Shown here piece by piece: positions 9,582 through 18,324 of a stretch of DNA of 64,000 nt (positions are counted from its first letter, which is position 1; each line of letters begins with the position of its first letter). The translations under genes were made by a program, and so were the position numbers. The notes under the pieces were generated by a model that did not search any database, had not been told where the DNA came from, and saw nothing but the letters and a program-made list of their open reading frames with translations. Source of the DNA: Phycisphaerales bacterium (GTDB lineage: Bacteria > Planctomycetota > Phycisphaerae > Phycisphaerales > UBA1924); contig OZ245777.1 in NCBI GenBank assembly GCA_965227775.1, positions 2,688,001-2,752,000 of the forward strand, read 5' to 3'.

Positions 9582-11819
9582 ATGACGCGTCAAGACACGT
9601 ACCAGGATGCACACCCGGCCAACCCCGCAAAGGCCGGCGGGAAGGCGGGCCGTCGCGAACCGGCTCCCGACGAGCTGTTCAATCGCGACCTCTCGTGGCT
9701 GGCCTTCAACCAGCGCGTCCTCGAGCTCTCGGAGGACGATTCGACGCCGCTGCTCGAGCGCGTGAAGTTCCTGGGCATCTTCGCAAGCAATCTTGACGAG
9801 TTCTTCATGAAACGCGTCGGGCTCATCCGCCGCCAGGTCGACGCGGGCATCGAGGCCCCTTCTCCCGACGGCCTGACGCCCCGACAGCAACTCGACGCCG
9901 TCCGCGAGGTCGTCGAGCGCCTCCAAGCCCGCCAGGCCGACTGCTGGGAGCGGGCCATCCTGCCCGCGCTCGAAGCCGAGGGCGTGACCCTCGTCGGCTA
10001 TGACCAGCTCGACGATGCCGAGCGCGCCCGGCTCGACCAGTGGTTCGAGGACGAGGTCTTCCCGATCCTCACGCCGTTGTCGATCGACCCGGGCCACCGC
10101 TTCCCTTTCATTAGCAACCTCTCGGAGAACCTGGGCATCCTGCTCTCGGGCGACGGTGGGCCGCCAAATGCGCCGGCTTCCGAGGCCGGGCTCGGCCGAT
10201 TCTGCCGCCTCAAGATCCCCGATGGCGTGCCGCGCATGGTCCGCTGCGATGATCCCACGGGCGAGGGCGAGCCCGCGAGCGTGCTGGCGGCCGAGCGTCG
10301 GTTGCGATTTACGCCGCTCGAGCAGGTGATGCGCGCCAACCTCGGCATGCTCTTCCCGGGCGTCTCGGTGCTGGCGACAAACGCCTTCCGTGTCACACGG
10401 TCGGCCAGCGTCGAGGTCGAGGACGAGGCTGGCGATCTGCTTGAAAGCGTGCAGGAAGAGCTGCGACGCCGCCGTTTCGCGCGGCCCGTGCGCATGGAGA
10501 TGACCGAGGAGCCCAATGACGACCTCAGCGGATTCTTCGCCACGAGCCTGGGACTGCAGCCCGGAGACGTCTACGTCCGCCGCGGTCCGCTCGAGTACGG
10601 CGACGTCATGGAACTCGCCTCGCTCGACCTTCCGCACCTCAAGGACAAACCGTGGAAGCCGTTAACGCCGCCGCGTCTGCTGGGCGTCGACGTGCGCAGC
10701 GGCCGGGGTGACATCTTCGCGGCCATCCGCGAGCAGGACATCATCGCACACCATCCGTACGAGAGCTTCGACGCCTCGGTGCGGGCATTCGTCAGCGCTG
10801 CATCGCGCGACCCCGACGTCGTCGCCATCAAGCAAACGATCTACCGGACCAGCCGCGACTCGCCCTTCGTACGCTCGCTCGTACGTGCGGCCGAGAACGG
10901 CAAGCAAGTCGCGTGCATGGTTGAGCTGCGGGCCCGCTTCGACGAGCACCGCAACGTGTCCTTCGCCAGGCGCCTCGAGCACGCGGGGGTGCACGTTGCC
11001 TATGGCATCGTCGGGCTCAAGACGCATGCCAAGTGCTCGCTTGTCGTCCGTCGCGAGCGGGACGGCCTGCGCGCCTACGCCCACGTTGGCACGGGCAACT
11101 ACCATCCCCACACCGCCCAGCTCTATACCGACCTCTCGTTGCTCACATGCGATCCCAGGATCACCGGCGAGGTCCTCGAGCTCTTCAACGCCATGACCGG
11201 GTACTCGCTCAAGGGCGACTACGAACATCTGCTCGTCGCCCCCACCACCATGCGGCCCACGTTCGAGGCGTTGATCGAGGCCGAGATCGAGCACGCGCGG
11301 GCGGGCCGGCCCGCGCGCATCTTCGCCAAGCTTAACTCGATGGAGGACCGCAAGATGACCGCGCGCCTGTACGAGGCCAGCCAGGCCGGCGTGCAGGTCG
11401 ACTTGTGCGTCCGCGGCTTCTGCTGCCTGAAGCCCGGCGTGCCAGGACTGAGTGAGAACATCCGTGTGGTGTCCGTCATTGGGCGCTTCCTTGAGCACTC
11501 ACGTATATTCCACTTCTCTGGTGGTCAGAGCGACCCGCTGAAAGGCCATTGGTACATGGGCAGCGCCGATTGGATGTACCGCAACCTCAACAACCGCCTC
11601 GAAGCGATCTGCCCGATCTACGACAAGGCGGCCCGCCGCAGGCTGCACGAAGCCATGCGTGCGAACCTCGACGACCAAGCCCAAGCGTGGGACCTGCAGC
11701 CCGACGGCTCCTACGTCAGACGTGAGCGCACGGGTCGCGGTACGTTCGTCACGATGATGCGCAGCACGCAGAAGGCCCACGCCGCCGCGCTGGCTGCCGC
11801 CGGCGAGATGGATCGCTGA
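9582..11819 (+). CDS. ppk1: Polyphosphate kinase 1
   Basis: NRDLSWLAFN.RVL, SNLDEFFMKRV, HHPYESF, ELRARFDE, GTGNY, GRFLEHSR, SADWM.RNL. Confidence 0.97.
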   Translation: MTRQDTYQDAHPANPAKAGGKAGRREPAPDELFNRDLSWLAFNQRVLELSEDDSTPLLERVKFLGIFASNLDEFFMKRVGLIRRQVDAGIEAPSPDGLTPRQQLDAVREVVERLQARQADCWERAILPALEAEGVTLVGYDQLDDAERARLDQWFEDEVFPILTPLSIDPGHRFPFISNLSENLGILLSGDGGPPNAPASEAGLGRFCRLKIPDGVPRMVRCDDPTGEGEPASVLAAERRLRFTPLEQVMRANLGMLFPGVSVLATNAFRVTRSASVEVEDEAGDLLESVQEELRRRRFARPVRMEMTEEPNDDLSGFFATSLGLQPGDVYVRRGPLEYGDVMELASLDLPHLKDKPWKPLTPPRLLGVDVRSGRGDIFAAIREQDIIAHHPYESFDASVRAFVSAASRDPDVVAIKQTIYRTSRDSPFVRSLVRAAENGKQVACMVELRARFDEHRNVSFARRLEHAGVHVAYGIVGLKTHAKCSLVVRRERDGLRAYAHVGTGNYHPHTAQLYTDLSLLTCDPRITGEVLELFNAMTGYSLKGDYEHLLVAPTTMRPTFEALIEAEIEHARAGRPARIFAKLNSMEDRKMTARLYEASQAGVQVDLCVRGFCCLKPGVPGLSENIRVVSVIGRFLEHSRIFHFSGGQSDPLKGHWYMGSADWMYRNLNNRLEAICPIYDKAARRRLHEAMRANLDDQAQAWDLQPDGSYVRRERTGRGTFVTMMRSTQKAHAAALAAAGEMDR

Positions 11820-11822
11820 CGC

Positions 11823-12887
11823 GTGCGCATCGGCGATCGACCTATCGGCCGCGAGCATCCGCCCTATGTCATTGCCGAGCTGGGCGTGAATCACGATGGT
11901 TCGCTCGAGGCGCTTCTTGAGCTCGTGCAAGCCGCGCATCGTGCGGGTGCCGACGCCATCAAGCTCCAGCTCTTCACGGCCGATGAGCTGCTGGCCGGTG
12001 CGGCAACGCTTGCCGAGTATCAGAAGGATGCCGGCGAGCGCGACCCGCGGGACATGCTCCGCCGGCTCGAACTGCCGCTGGACGCCGCCCGCCGCGCCAC
12101 GGATCTCTCCCACGAACTCGGCATGCACGCCATCTCGACGGTATTCGATCTTCCGCTGCTGCCGATCGCCGACGAGTTGCCGCTCGACGCCTACAAGACC
12201 GCCTCGCCCGATCTTGTGCACCTGCCACTCCTGCACGCGCTCGTCGAAACCGGCAAGCCGTTGATCGTGAGCACTGGAGCCGCTTCACGAGAGGAAGTCC
12301 AGCGAGCCGTCGGCTGGCTCACCCCCGCGCGCGAACGGCTTGCGTTCCTCCAGTGCGTCAGCAGCTACCCGACGCCGCCCGAGTACGCGTCTGTGGCCGC
12401 AGTGGCCGATCTTGCCAACTTGTTCTCGGGGCCGATTGGGTATAGCGACCACACCACGCTCATCGACACCGGCGCGCTCGCGGTCACGCGCGGGGCTCGC
12501 ATACTCGAGAAACACTTGACGCTCAATCGAACGCAACCCGGGCCGGATCACGCCGCCTCGATCGAGCCCGACCAACTCGCCGAATACGCGCAGCTCTGCC
12601 GCGACGCGTTCGATGGCACCTGGCAAGCCAACCCGAACGACGAGCGGCTCGGCCCACCGACGAAGTTCTTGCTGCCCATCGAGGCTGACGTGCGCCAGGT
12701 CGCTCGCCGGAGCATCGTGGCGGCGCGCGATCTCACGGCCGGCCAAGTGCTCGCGATAGAAGACCTCGCGTTCAAGCGTCCCGGCGGAGGTCTCGAGCCC
12801 TGGCAGGCGGACCTACTCCTTGGACGGCCCGTCGAGTTCGACGTCCCCGCCGACCGAGCGATCATGCCTGAGGACGTAATCGACTGA
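11823..12887 (+). CDS. N-acetylneuraminate/nonulosonate synthase (NeuB/SpsE family) with SAF domain
   Basis: IAELGVNHDGS, GADAIKLQ, CVSSYP, GYSDHT, EKH.TL, DH.AS, RRS, KRPG.G. Confidence 0.9.
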   Translation: MRIGDRPIGREHPPYVIAELGVNHDGSLEALLELVQAAHRAGADAIKLQLFTADELLAGAATLAEYQKDAGERDPRDMLRRLELPLDAARRATDLSHELGMHAISTVFDLPLLPIADELPLDAYKTASPDLVHLPLLHALVETGKPLIVSTGAASREEVQRAVGWLTPARERLAFLQCVSSYPTPPEYASVAAVADLANLFSGPIGYSDHTTLIDTGALAVTRGARILEKHLTLNRTQPGPDHAASIEPDQLAEYAQLCRDAFDGTWQANPNDERLGPPTKFLLPIEADVRQVARRSIVAARDLTAGQVLAIEDLAFKRPGGGLEPWQADLLLGRPVEFDVPADRAIMPEDVID

Positions 12888-14228
12888 TCCGGCAACGCCG
12901 AGCCCCATCAGCAGCATCCACATCGCCAGCACGTGTGTGTTCAGGTGCATGACCTCGAACATGCACGCGGCAAACAGTCCCAGCATCGCCCACGGCACGC
13001 CCGCCGCATACGGATGCTCATGCAATCGCATCACGAGTGCCAGGCGCGCCATGATGAGCAAGACAACCGCATAGAGTGCAAGGCCAACAATTCCCGTATT
13101 GGCGAGCGGCTGAAGCAGCGCGTTGTGCGGGTGCGGCCCGGTGTGCGTGCGATCGGCCGGGTCGATCCCGCGCTCGGCCAGATTCTCGAGCACCCACGGC
13201 TCATACCCACCCTCGCCCGTGCCGCCGATGGGATGGTCCGCGAACGCCTGCACGGCCCACCACATCAACAGCAGCCTGGTTCCGGTGTACGACGAGAAGT
13301 CCTTGTCCTCGAAGACCTGGCGGAGTTCCTCGCGCGCCTCCATCGCTCGTGGCGCGGCAACCTTCCAGCCAACGACTCCCCCACCGATTGCAACAAGGAT
13401 CATCACAACACTGGCGATGATTGCGCGCCGTGCCGTCCACCTGATCTTCCACGCGCCCACAATGCACGCCAGCCCGACAAGCCACGCTGCGGCTAGCCAC
13501 GCACCGCGCGTGCCGGTTGCCAGGATTGCCGCAAGCGTGATCACAACGCCGACGCCTCCGAGCACCATCCACGCACGTCGGCCACACAACAGCGCTCCCA
13601 GGTGAAGCCCAAGCGCAGCACACAAGTTGGTTCCCCCCGCCACCGGCTCGTTCCATCCGGCGTTGCGGTTGGGCATGCGATCCCACTGCGGCAACCACTC
13701 GATGCCCGCGCGGCTGAGCCCGTGGCTGACCTGCGAGAGGTTGTACACGAGGAAGCCGCACACGAGCCCGACGGCAAGCGTGCCCACCATCGGCGCGAGC
13801 GGCAACAGGAACGGGATGTTCCAGATGAACCGGATCTTGTCAATACGATCGACGCCGGCTTCGACGTCCGGCGACCACAGCAGCGAGACCGCCCGCCATG
13901 CGGTCCACACGACGATCGCTAGAAACAGCGGGTGGGCAAGCCCCATGACGAACGCGCGCCACACCCAGGGCATGCGGACGAACGTGACGAGCCAGAGCAA
14001 TACCCCTCCAACCTCGAGGTACGTCGTCCGCCCGCACACGCAGATCGTCCACGCGAGCGCCCCAATGAGGTGCAGCCACCAAAGCCAACGCGGCCCGCCC
14101 TGGGCTCGCTCGATCGCGTCGCGAGCAAACGCTTTCGAAAAGAAACCGAGCACGAGGCGTTCGGCTTGCATGCGGGGCATCCCTCGTTCTCGAAGGCCGT
14201 GACGGGCCGAAGGCGGCCTGGGTGTCAT
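12813..14228 (-). CDS. O-antigen ligase-like (Wzy_C/WaaL) membrane protein
   Basis: Many TMs, TGTRGAW, R..MW..A...F..HP..G.G, HPHNALLQ. Start uncertain (14228 or 14180). The 3' end overlaps the neuB-like gene by 75 bp. Confidence 0.8.
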   Translation of the reverse strand: MTPRPPSARHGLRERGMPRMQAERLVLGFFSKAFARDAIERAQGGPRWLWWLHLIGALAWTICVCGRTTYLEVGGVLLWLVTFVRMPWVWRAFVMGLAHPLFLAIVVWTAWRAVSLLWSPDVEAGVDRIDKIRFIWNIPFLLPLAPMVGTLAVGLVCGFLVYNLSQVSHGLSRAGIEWLPQWDRMPNRNAGWNEPVAGGTNLCAALGLHLGALLCGRRAWMVLGGVGVVITLAAILATGTRGAWLAAAWLVGLACIVGAWKIRWTARRAIIASVVMILVAIGGGVVGWKVAAPRAMEAREELRQVFEDKDFSSYTGTRLLLMWWAVQAFADHPIGGTGEGGYEPWVLENLAERGIDPADRTHTGPHPHNALLQPLANTGIVGLALYAVVLLIMARLALVMRLHEHPYAAGVPWAMLGLFAACMFEVMHLNTHVLAMWMLLMGLGVAGSVDYVLRHDRSVGGDVELDGPSKE

Positions 14229-14346
14229 AACCGGTCCGGAATGCAACGAACCCGACCGGTATTCGTACAATAGTGCATCGGAGGGCCCGGCCCGCCCGAC
14301 CTTCTTGTCGGATAGCCCATCAAGCCGCCAGTTGGAGGCAGCGATC

Positions 14347-16080
14347 ATGCAAGCCGTTCATCGAGTCGTCCGCAAGGCTTCGCTCCGCTTGTTCCTGCGT
14401 CAGTTCATCCAGCGGCTGGCTGTCACCACGTTCGTTGCCATCCTCGGTGTGCTCGCGATCAAGATCGGCCTGTGGCTCGCTGGCGTGGGGCTCGATGTCG
14501 TAGCGACCGTCGCGATCGCCGGCGCCGCCGCCATCGCGAGCGCCGCTCTCTGGGCGCTCATCACCAGACCGCGAGGCGTTGCAGTCGCCCGCGCAGTCGA
14601 CGAGGCCGCCGGCCTTCGCGAGAGCTTGAGTACGGCATGGCTGCACGAGCGAGAGAGCGATCCCTGGTCGGCCGCCGTGCGCACGGACGCCGATCGCCGT
14701 GCGAGCGCCGTCGACGTGCGCGCTGCACTGCCTCTGGCAATCGGCAAGCTCTGGCGGGTCCCACCGATCGCAGCCGTCGCGGTTGCCATCATCTGGGTCG
14801 TGCTCCCCGCGACGAGCCCCGACATCTTCGGATGGCTCGAGCGCGAAGAGCAGCAGGCCCAGGCCGAGCAGGAGATGGAAGACGCGCAGGTCGCCATCAA
14901 GGTCGCCGAAGAGATTGCCCAGAAGGTTGCCGAGAAGACCGGCCAGCAGCTCGATCAGTTCAACACAGACCAGAATCCCGAGATGCAGACGCCCCAGGCG
15001 CTGCGCATGGCGGCGCTCGACAAGCTGACACAGGCAGAGCAAGCGTTGCGCGAAGAGGTCGAGAACGGAGACGCGGCCAAGAAGCTCGAGGCCATGCGCC
15101 GCGAGCTCAGCCGCATGAAGCAGCCCGGCCCGGGCCCCGCAGCCGAACTCGCGCGCGAACTGGCCAAGGGCGACTTCGCCGCCGCCAAGCAGCAGCTCGA
15201 CGAGCTTGCCCAGCAGATCGATAGCGGTCAGCTCGATGACGCGACCCGCAAGCAGCTCGAAGAGCAGCTCAAGAACATGCAGGCCCAGCTCGAGCAGATC
15301 GCCCAGGACAAGAGCTCGCTCGAGCAGGCGCTCCAGCAGGCCGGCATGAACCAGCAGCAAGCACAGCAGCTGGCGCAGCAGATGGCCCAGAACGCAAACA
15401 ACCCACAGCAGATGCAGCAAATGATGCAGCAGGCCATGCAGCAGATGCAGAACCTGACGCCTGCCCAGAAGCAGCAACTCATGCAGCAAGCCCAGCAGAT
15501 GGCCCAAGCCTGCCAGGCTTGCCAGAACATGGGTAACAAGATGGGCCAGATGGCCGCCGCGTGCCAGAACCCAGGCCAGGGTGGCGCGGGCGCCGCTTCA
15601 TCGGGCATGCTCAGCCAGATGGAGATGATGCAGATGGAGCAGCAGGCCGCCCAAGCCATGCTCTCGCAAACGCAGCAGCAAATGCAGCAGCTGGGCGGCG
15701 GCCTGACGTCGCTCCAGCCCGGCAACACTTCCGGCAGCGGCCCGATGGCCGGCGTTGGCACAGAACTCGCCAACGGTGACGAGACCGATCCCGTCGAGAT
15801 CGACCGCCAGGCCCAGCGCACGCCCACGCAGCTTGGCGAGGGTCCGATCGTCGCCGAGCGACTCGTCTACGGCGAGCTCGTCCGAGGCGAGTCGGTCGCC
15901 CAGTTCAGCAGCGCGGTGCAAGCCGCCAGCACGGGCGTCGCCGAGGCCATCGAGGACAACGTCGTTCCTATCGAGTGGCAGGAGTCGCTCCAGGCCTACT
16001 TCGGTCGCCTGCAGAAGCGGGCCGACGTCGTGCAGGGCGCGGCACAGGAAGAGCCAGCCGAATCGACCGGCGGCAACTAA
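14347..16080 (+). CDS. Membrane-anchored Gln/Met-rich coiled-coil protein
   Basis: N-terminal TMs, 'A..VD...GLRE.L.TA' motif, long Q-rich coil, C-terminal 'E...P....E....YF'. GGAGG upstream of ATG 14347. Confidence 0.7.
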   Translation: MQAVHRVVRKASLRLFLRQFIQRLAVTTFVAILGVLAIKIGLWLAGVGLDVVATVAIAGAAAIASAALWALITRPRGVAVARAVDEAAGLRESLSTAWLHERESDPWSAAVRTDADRRASAVDVRAALPLAIGKLWRVPPIAAVAVAIIWVVLPATSPDIFGWLEREEQQAQAEQEMEDAQVAIKVAEEIAQKVAEKTGQQLDQFNTDQNPEMQTPQALRMAALDKLTQAEQALREEVENGDAAKKLEAMRRELSRMKQPGPGPAAELARELAKGDFAAAKQQLDELAQQIDSGQLDDATRKQLEEQLKNMQAQLEQIAQDKSSLEQALQQAGMNQQQAQQLAQQMAQNANNPQQMQQMMQQAMQQMQNLTPAQKQQLMQQAQQMAQACQACQNMGNKMGQMAAACQNPGQGGAGAASSGMLSQMEMMQMEQQAAQAMLSQTQQQMQQLGGGLTSLQPGNTSGSGPMAGVGTELANGDETDPVEIDRQAQRTPTQLGEGPIVAERLVYGELVRGESVAQFSSAVQAASTGVAEAIEDNVVPIEWQESLQAYFGRLQKRADVVQGAAQEEPAESTGGN

Positions 16081-16099
16081 ACGGAAGAAATCCGTATGA

Positions 16100-16130
16100 C
16101 AAAAACCCCGGGCTGACCCCGGGGTTTTTG
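16100..16130. terminator. Bidirectional intrinsic terminator
   Basis: caaaaaccccggg-ctgac-cccggggtttttg between convergent genes. Confidence 0.9.
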
Positions 16131-16149
16131 ATTGAGTGAGCTCGCTGAC

Positions 16150-18198
16150 TTACCGCACGCTCAGCCCCTCGAAGTACTTCCGACGCTCCGCTTCGGCTTG
16201 CTCGATGGCCCTGCGGGTCTGCCCGGCTTGTGATGCGAGCTCTGCCAGCTGGTCTTCTTGCGTCGTCAGCGTCTCGAGGTATCGGCGGTAGAGATCGGTG
16301 GTGCGATCGATGGCCTGCATGTTCTGGCGGATGCGGCCCTGATCCTGCTGGATCGACTGGATCTGCTGGGTGATGCGCTCCAGTTGGCCACGAAGGTCGG
16401 CCACCTTGCGGTTGAGTCGAGCGCCCTCACGGAGGGCCTCCTTAACCTTGTCGCTCGCCTCGGCGCCACGGTTGATTTGCTCGATCAGGTTTGGCAGGTC
16501 GGCATCGATCAGCCCGTAGCGGCTCGACTCGGTCCGCCGCTCGACGACCTTGAGCTCGAGTTCCTTGCCAGCGGCAACGGTGCGCTCGAAGCGGACCATG
16601 CCATCGTCGCTTTTGGAACCGTTGCTCGGCTCGATGAGATCCCAGCCGCCCATCGGCTGGTGCTCGATGACAACGGTGCGCTCCTTGCTCGCCTCATTGC
16701 GCAGCGTGTACGTGTTGGTGATGGTGCGGACATAGCTCGATTGCAGGTAGCCATTCACGATGCGATACGTCGCACGCGAACTGCTGGAGTTCTGTGCCTG
16801 CTGGGCTTTGAGCTCCATGTCGACGGCGTACGCCAGCATGCGGTCGGCCTCACGTGGCACGAAGCCCACCATCGCGTCGCCCGCGTACGCACCGTCGTAC
16901 ACGGCCACCGGCCCGCTGATCAGCGGGGCGCTGGTCGTATTGGTCAGCTCGACGCCCAGCATGGGCTGGTTGCCCTGGCTGGGCGTGTAGATGCTGATCT
17001 TGCGTGCCTCGACCCGCTCGGTCAGCATGGGGATCATCGCGCTCTGCTGGCGATCGAGGCTGATGGGATTCTCGATGCGCAGGACGACCGACTCGCCCAC
17101 CTGCATGGCGGCGGCCATGCTGGATGCAGACTCCAAGAATCCCACAGCCGAATCAGCCATCGCGGTGCCGAGCCCGAGGCTCGACTGGCCTCGTGCCGCC
17201 GCTGCGGGTTCTGATGCTGGCGCGGCGAATCGGCTGCGGCCTGCTCGGCTGAGTTCTCTCTGCTCGAGGCGCATCGATTCCGAGCCGGCATACACCTTTG
17301 GCTGAGCCAATGCCCCGCCAGGCACGTCGATGTCGGGCCGCTGCACGAACAGCGGCGTCTGCAGGTCCATCGTGAAGCCGACCGGCTGGCTGGCGACGAG
17401 CGACAGATCGATCTGGCGCCAGTCTTCTTCGGTGGTGTTCTCGACGATCGCCCACGCCTGCAGGATTGGTTCGCCCCGCTGGCTCAGCACCAGGCGGTAG
17501 GCCGGCTTCCACACGGGCATCTCGTGCACGTAGCTCACGAGCAACTCGCGGTCGCCCTGGCCGCGTGTCGAAACCTCGACCGTGCGGATGTTTTCGTCGC
17601 GCTCTTGGGCCAGGATCTCGAGGGCCCGCTGGATGTCGCTCTTGAGTTGCTGGTCGAGGAACTCGAGCCCGATGATGTCGTCTAGGTCGATGCGCTTGAT
17701 GCCGGCGCCGGTGAAGATCGTCACCGCGTAAGTGTTGATCGTCCTATCGCCCTCTGCACGCTGCACGGTCTCGACGCTCGTGATCGTGCCGGCGGCAGAG
17801 CTGTCGGCGGTCTGGATCTGGACCCGAGTGCCGCGAAGCCGGCTGAGCAATTCACTCATCGAGGGATTGTCGGCCAGGTTCACCCCGAAGCTGGCAAGCC
17901 GTCGCTCGATCGGCTCGCGCGACCCATAGCTGATGGCGCCCACCGTGCCTCCGCCGTCGAGGACCACGAGGCTCTTGAGCAGGTCGTTGAGCTGGCCTTG
18001 ATCAACGCGGAGGTGAACATTCGCGTCACCGTTGATCTCGCCTACACGCTCGAAGCTGCCCACACCGGAGCGGTAGAGCGTGATGGCGGTGATGGGCAGT
18101 TCCTGCGCCTCGTCCTGGAGGGCCAGGGCCGGGAGCGCAAGGCCGGCGACGAGCGCGATGCTCAGGCACGACTTGGGTGTTGGGCGAGTGGCTGGCAT
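16150..18198 (-). CDS. Secreted DUF4139/DUF4140-like protein
   Basis: Signal peptide; LPIT.I.LY.SGVG.FER, NDLLKSL.V.D, P.WK..YRL, WAIVENTT.EDW; C-terminal coiled coil. AAGGAGG RBS before ATG 18198. Confidence 0.75.
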   Translation of the reverse strand: MPATRPTPKSCLSIALVAGLALPALALQDEAQELPITAITLYRSGVGSFERVGEINGDANVHLRVDQGQLNDLLKSLVVLDGGGTVGAISYGSREPIERRLASFGVNLADNPSMSELLSRLRGTRVQIQTADSSAAGTITSVETVQRAEGDRTINTYAVTIFTGAGIKRIDLDDIIGLEFLDQQLKSDIQRALEILAQERDENIRTVEVSTRGQGDRELLVSYVHEMPVWKPAYRLVLSQRGEPILQAWAIVENTTEEDWRQIDLSLVASQPVGFTMDLQTPLFVQRPDIDVPGGALAQPKVYAGSESMRLEQRELSRAGRSRFAAPASEPAAAARGQSSLGLGTAMADSAVGFLESASSMAAAMQVGESVVLRIENPISLDRQQSAMIPMLTERVEARKISIYTPSQGNQPMLGVELTNTTSAPLISGPVAVYDGAYAGDAMVGFVPREADRMLAYAVDMELKAQQAQNSSSSRATYRIVNGYLQSSYVRTITNTYTLRNEASKERTVVIEHQPMGGWDLIEPSNGSKSDDGMVRFERTVAAGKELELKVVERRTESSRYGLIDADLPNLIEQINRGAEASDKVKEALREGARLNRKVADLRGQLERITQQIQSIQQDQGRIRQNMQAIDRTTDLYRRYLETLTTQEDQLAELASQAGQTRRAIEQAEAERRKYFEGLSVR

Positions 18199-18324
18199 AT
18201 CGAAGATCCTCCTTGGTTTCGTCCGGAGATGTACGGACGCCGGCACACTTGGATCGACCGAGCACGGGGGTTCCGTCCACTCAATCGGCCCTTGTGACAG
18301 TCCCGTGACCCATACCATCTCCGA

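Noticed and set aside
15240..15700. CAG-rich repeats as a possible array or CRISPR
   Set aside because: In-frame Gln codons of a CDS. No constant repeat-spacer structure and no cas genes anywhere in the window.
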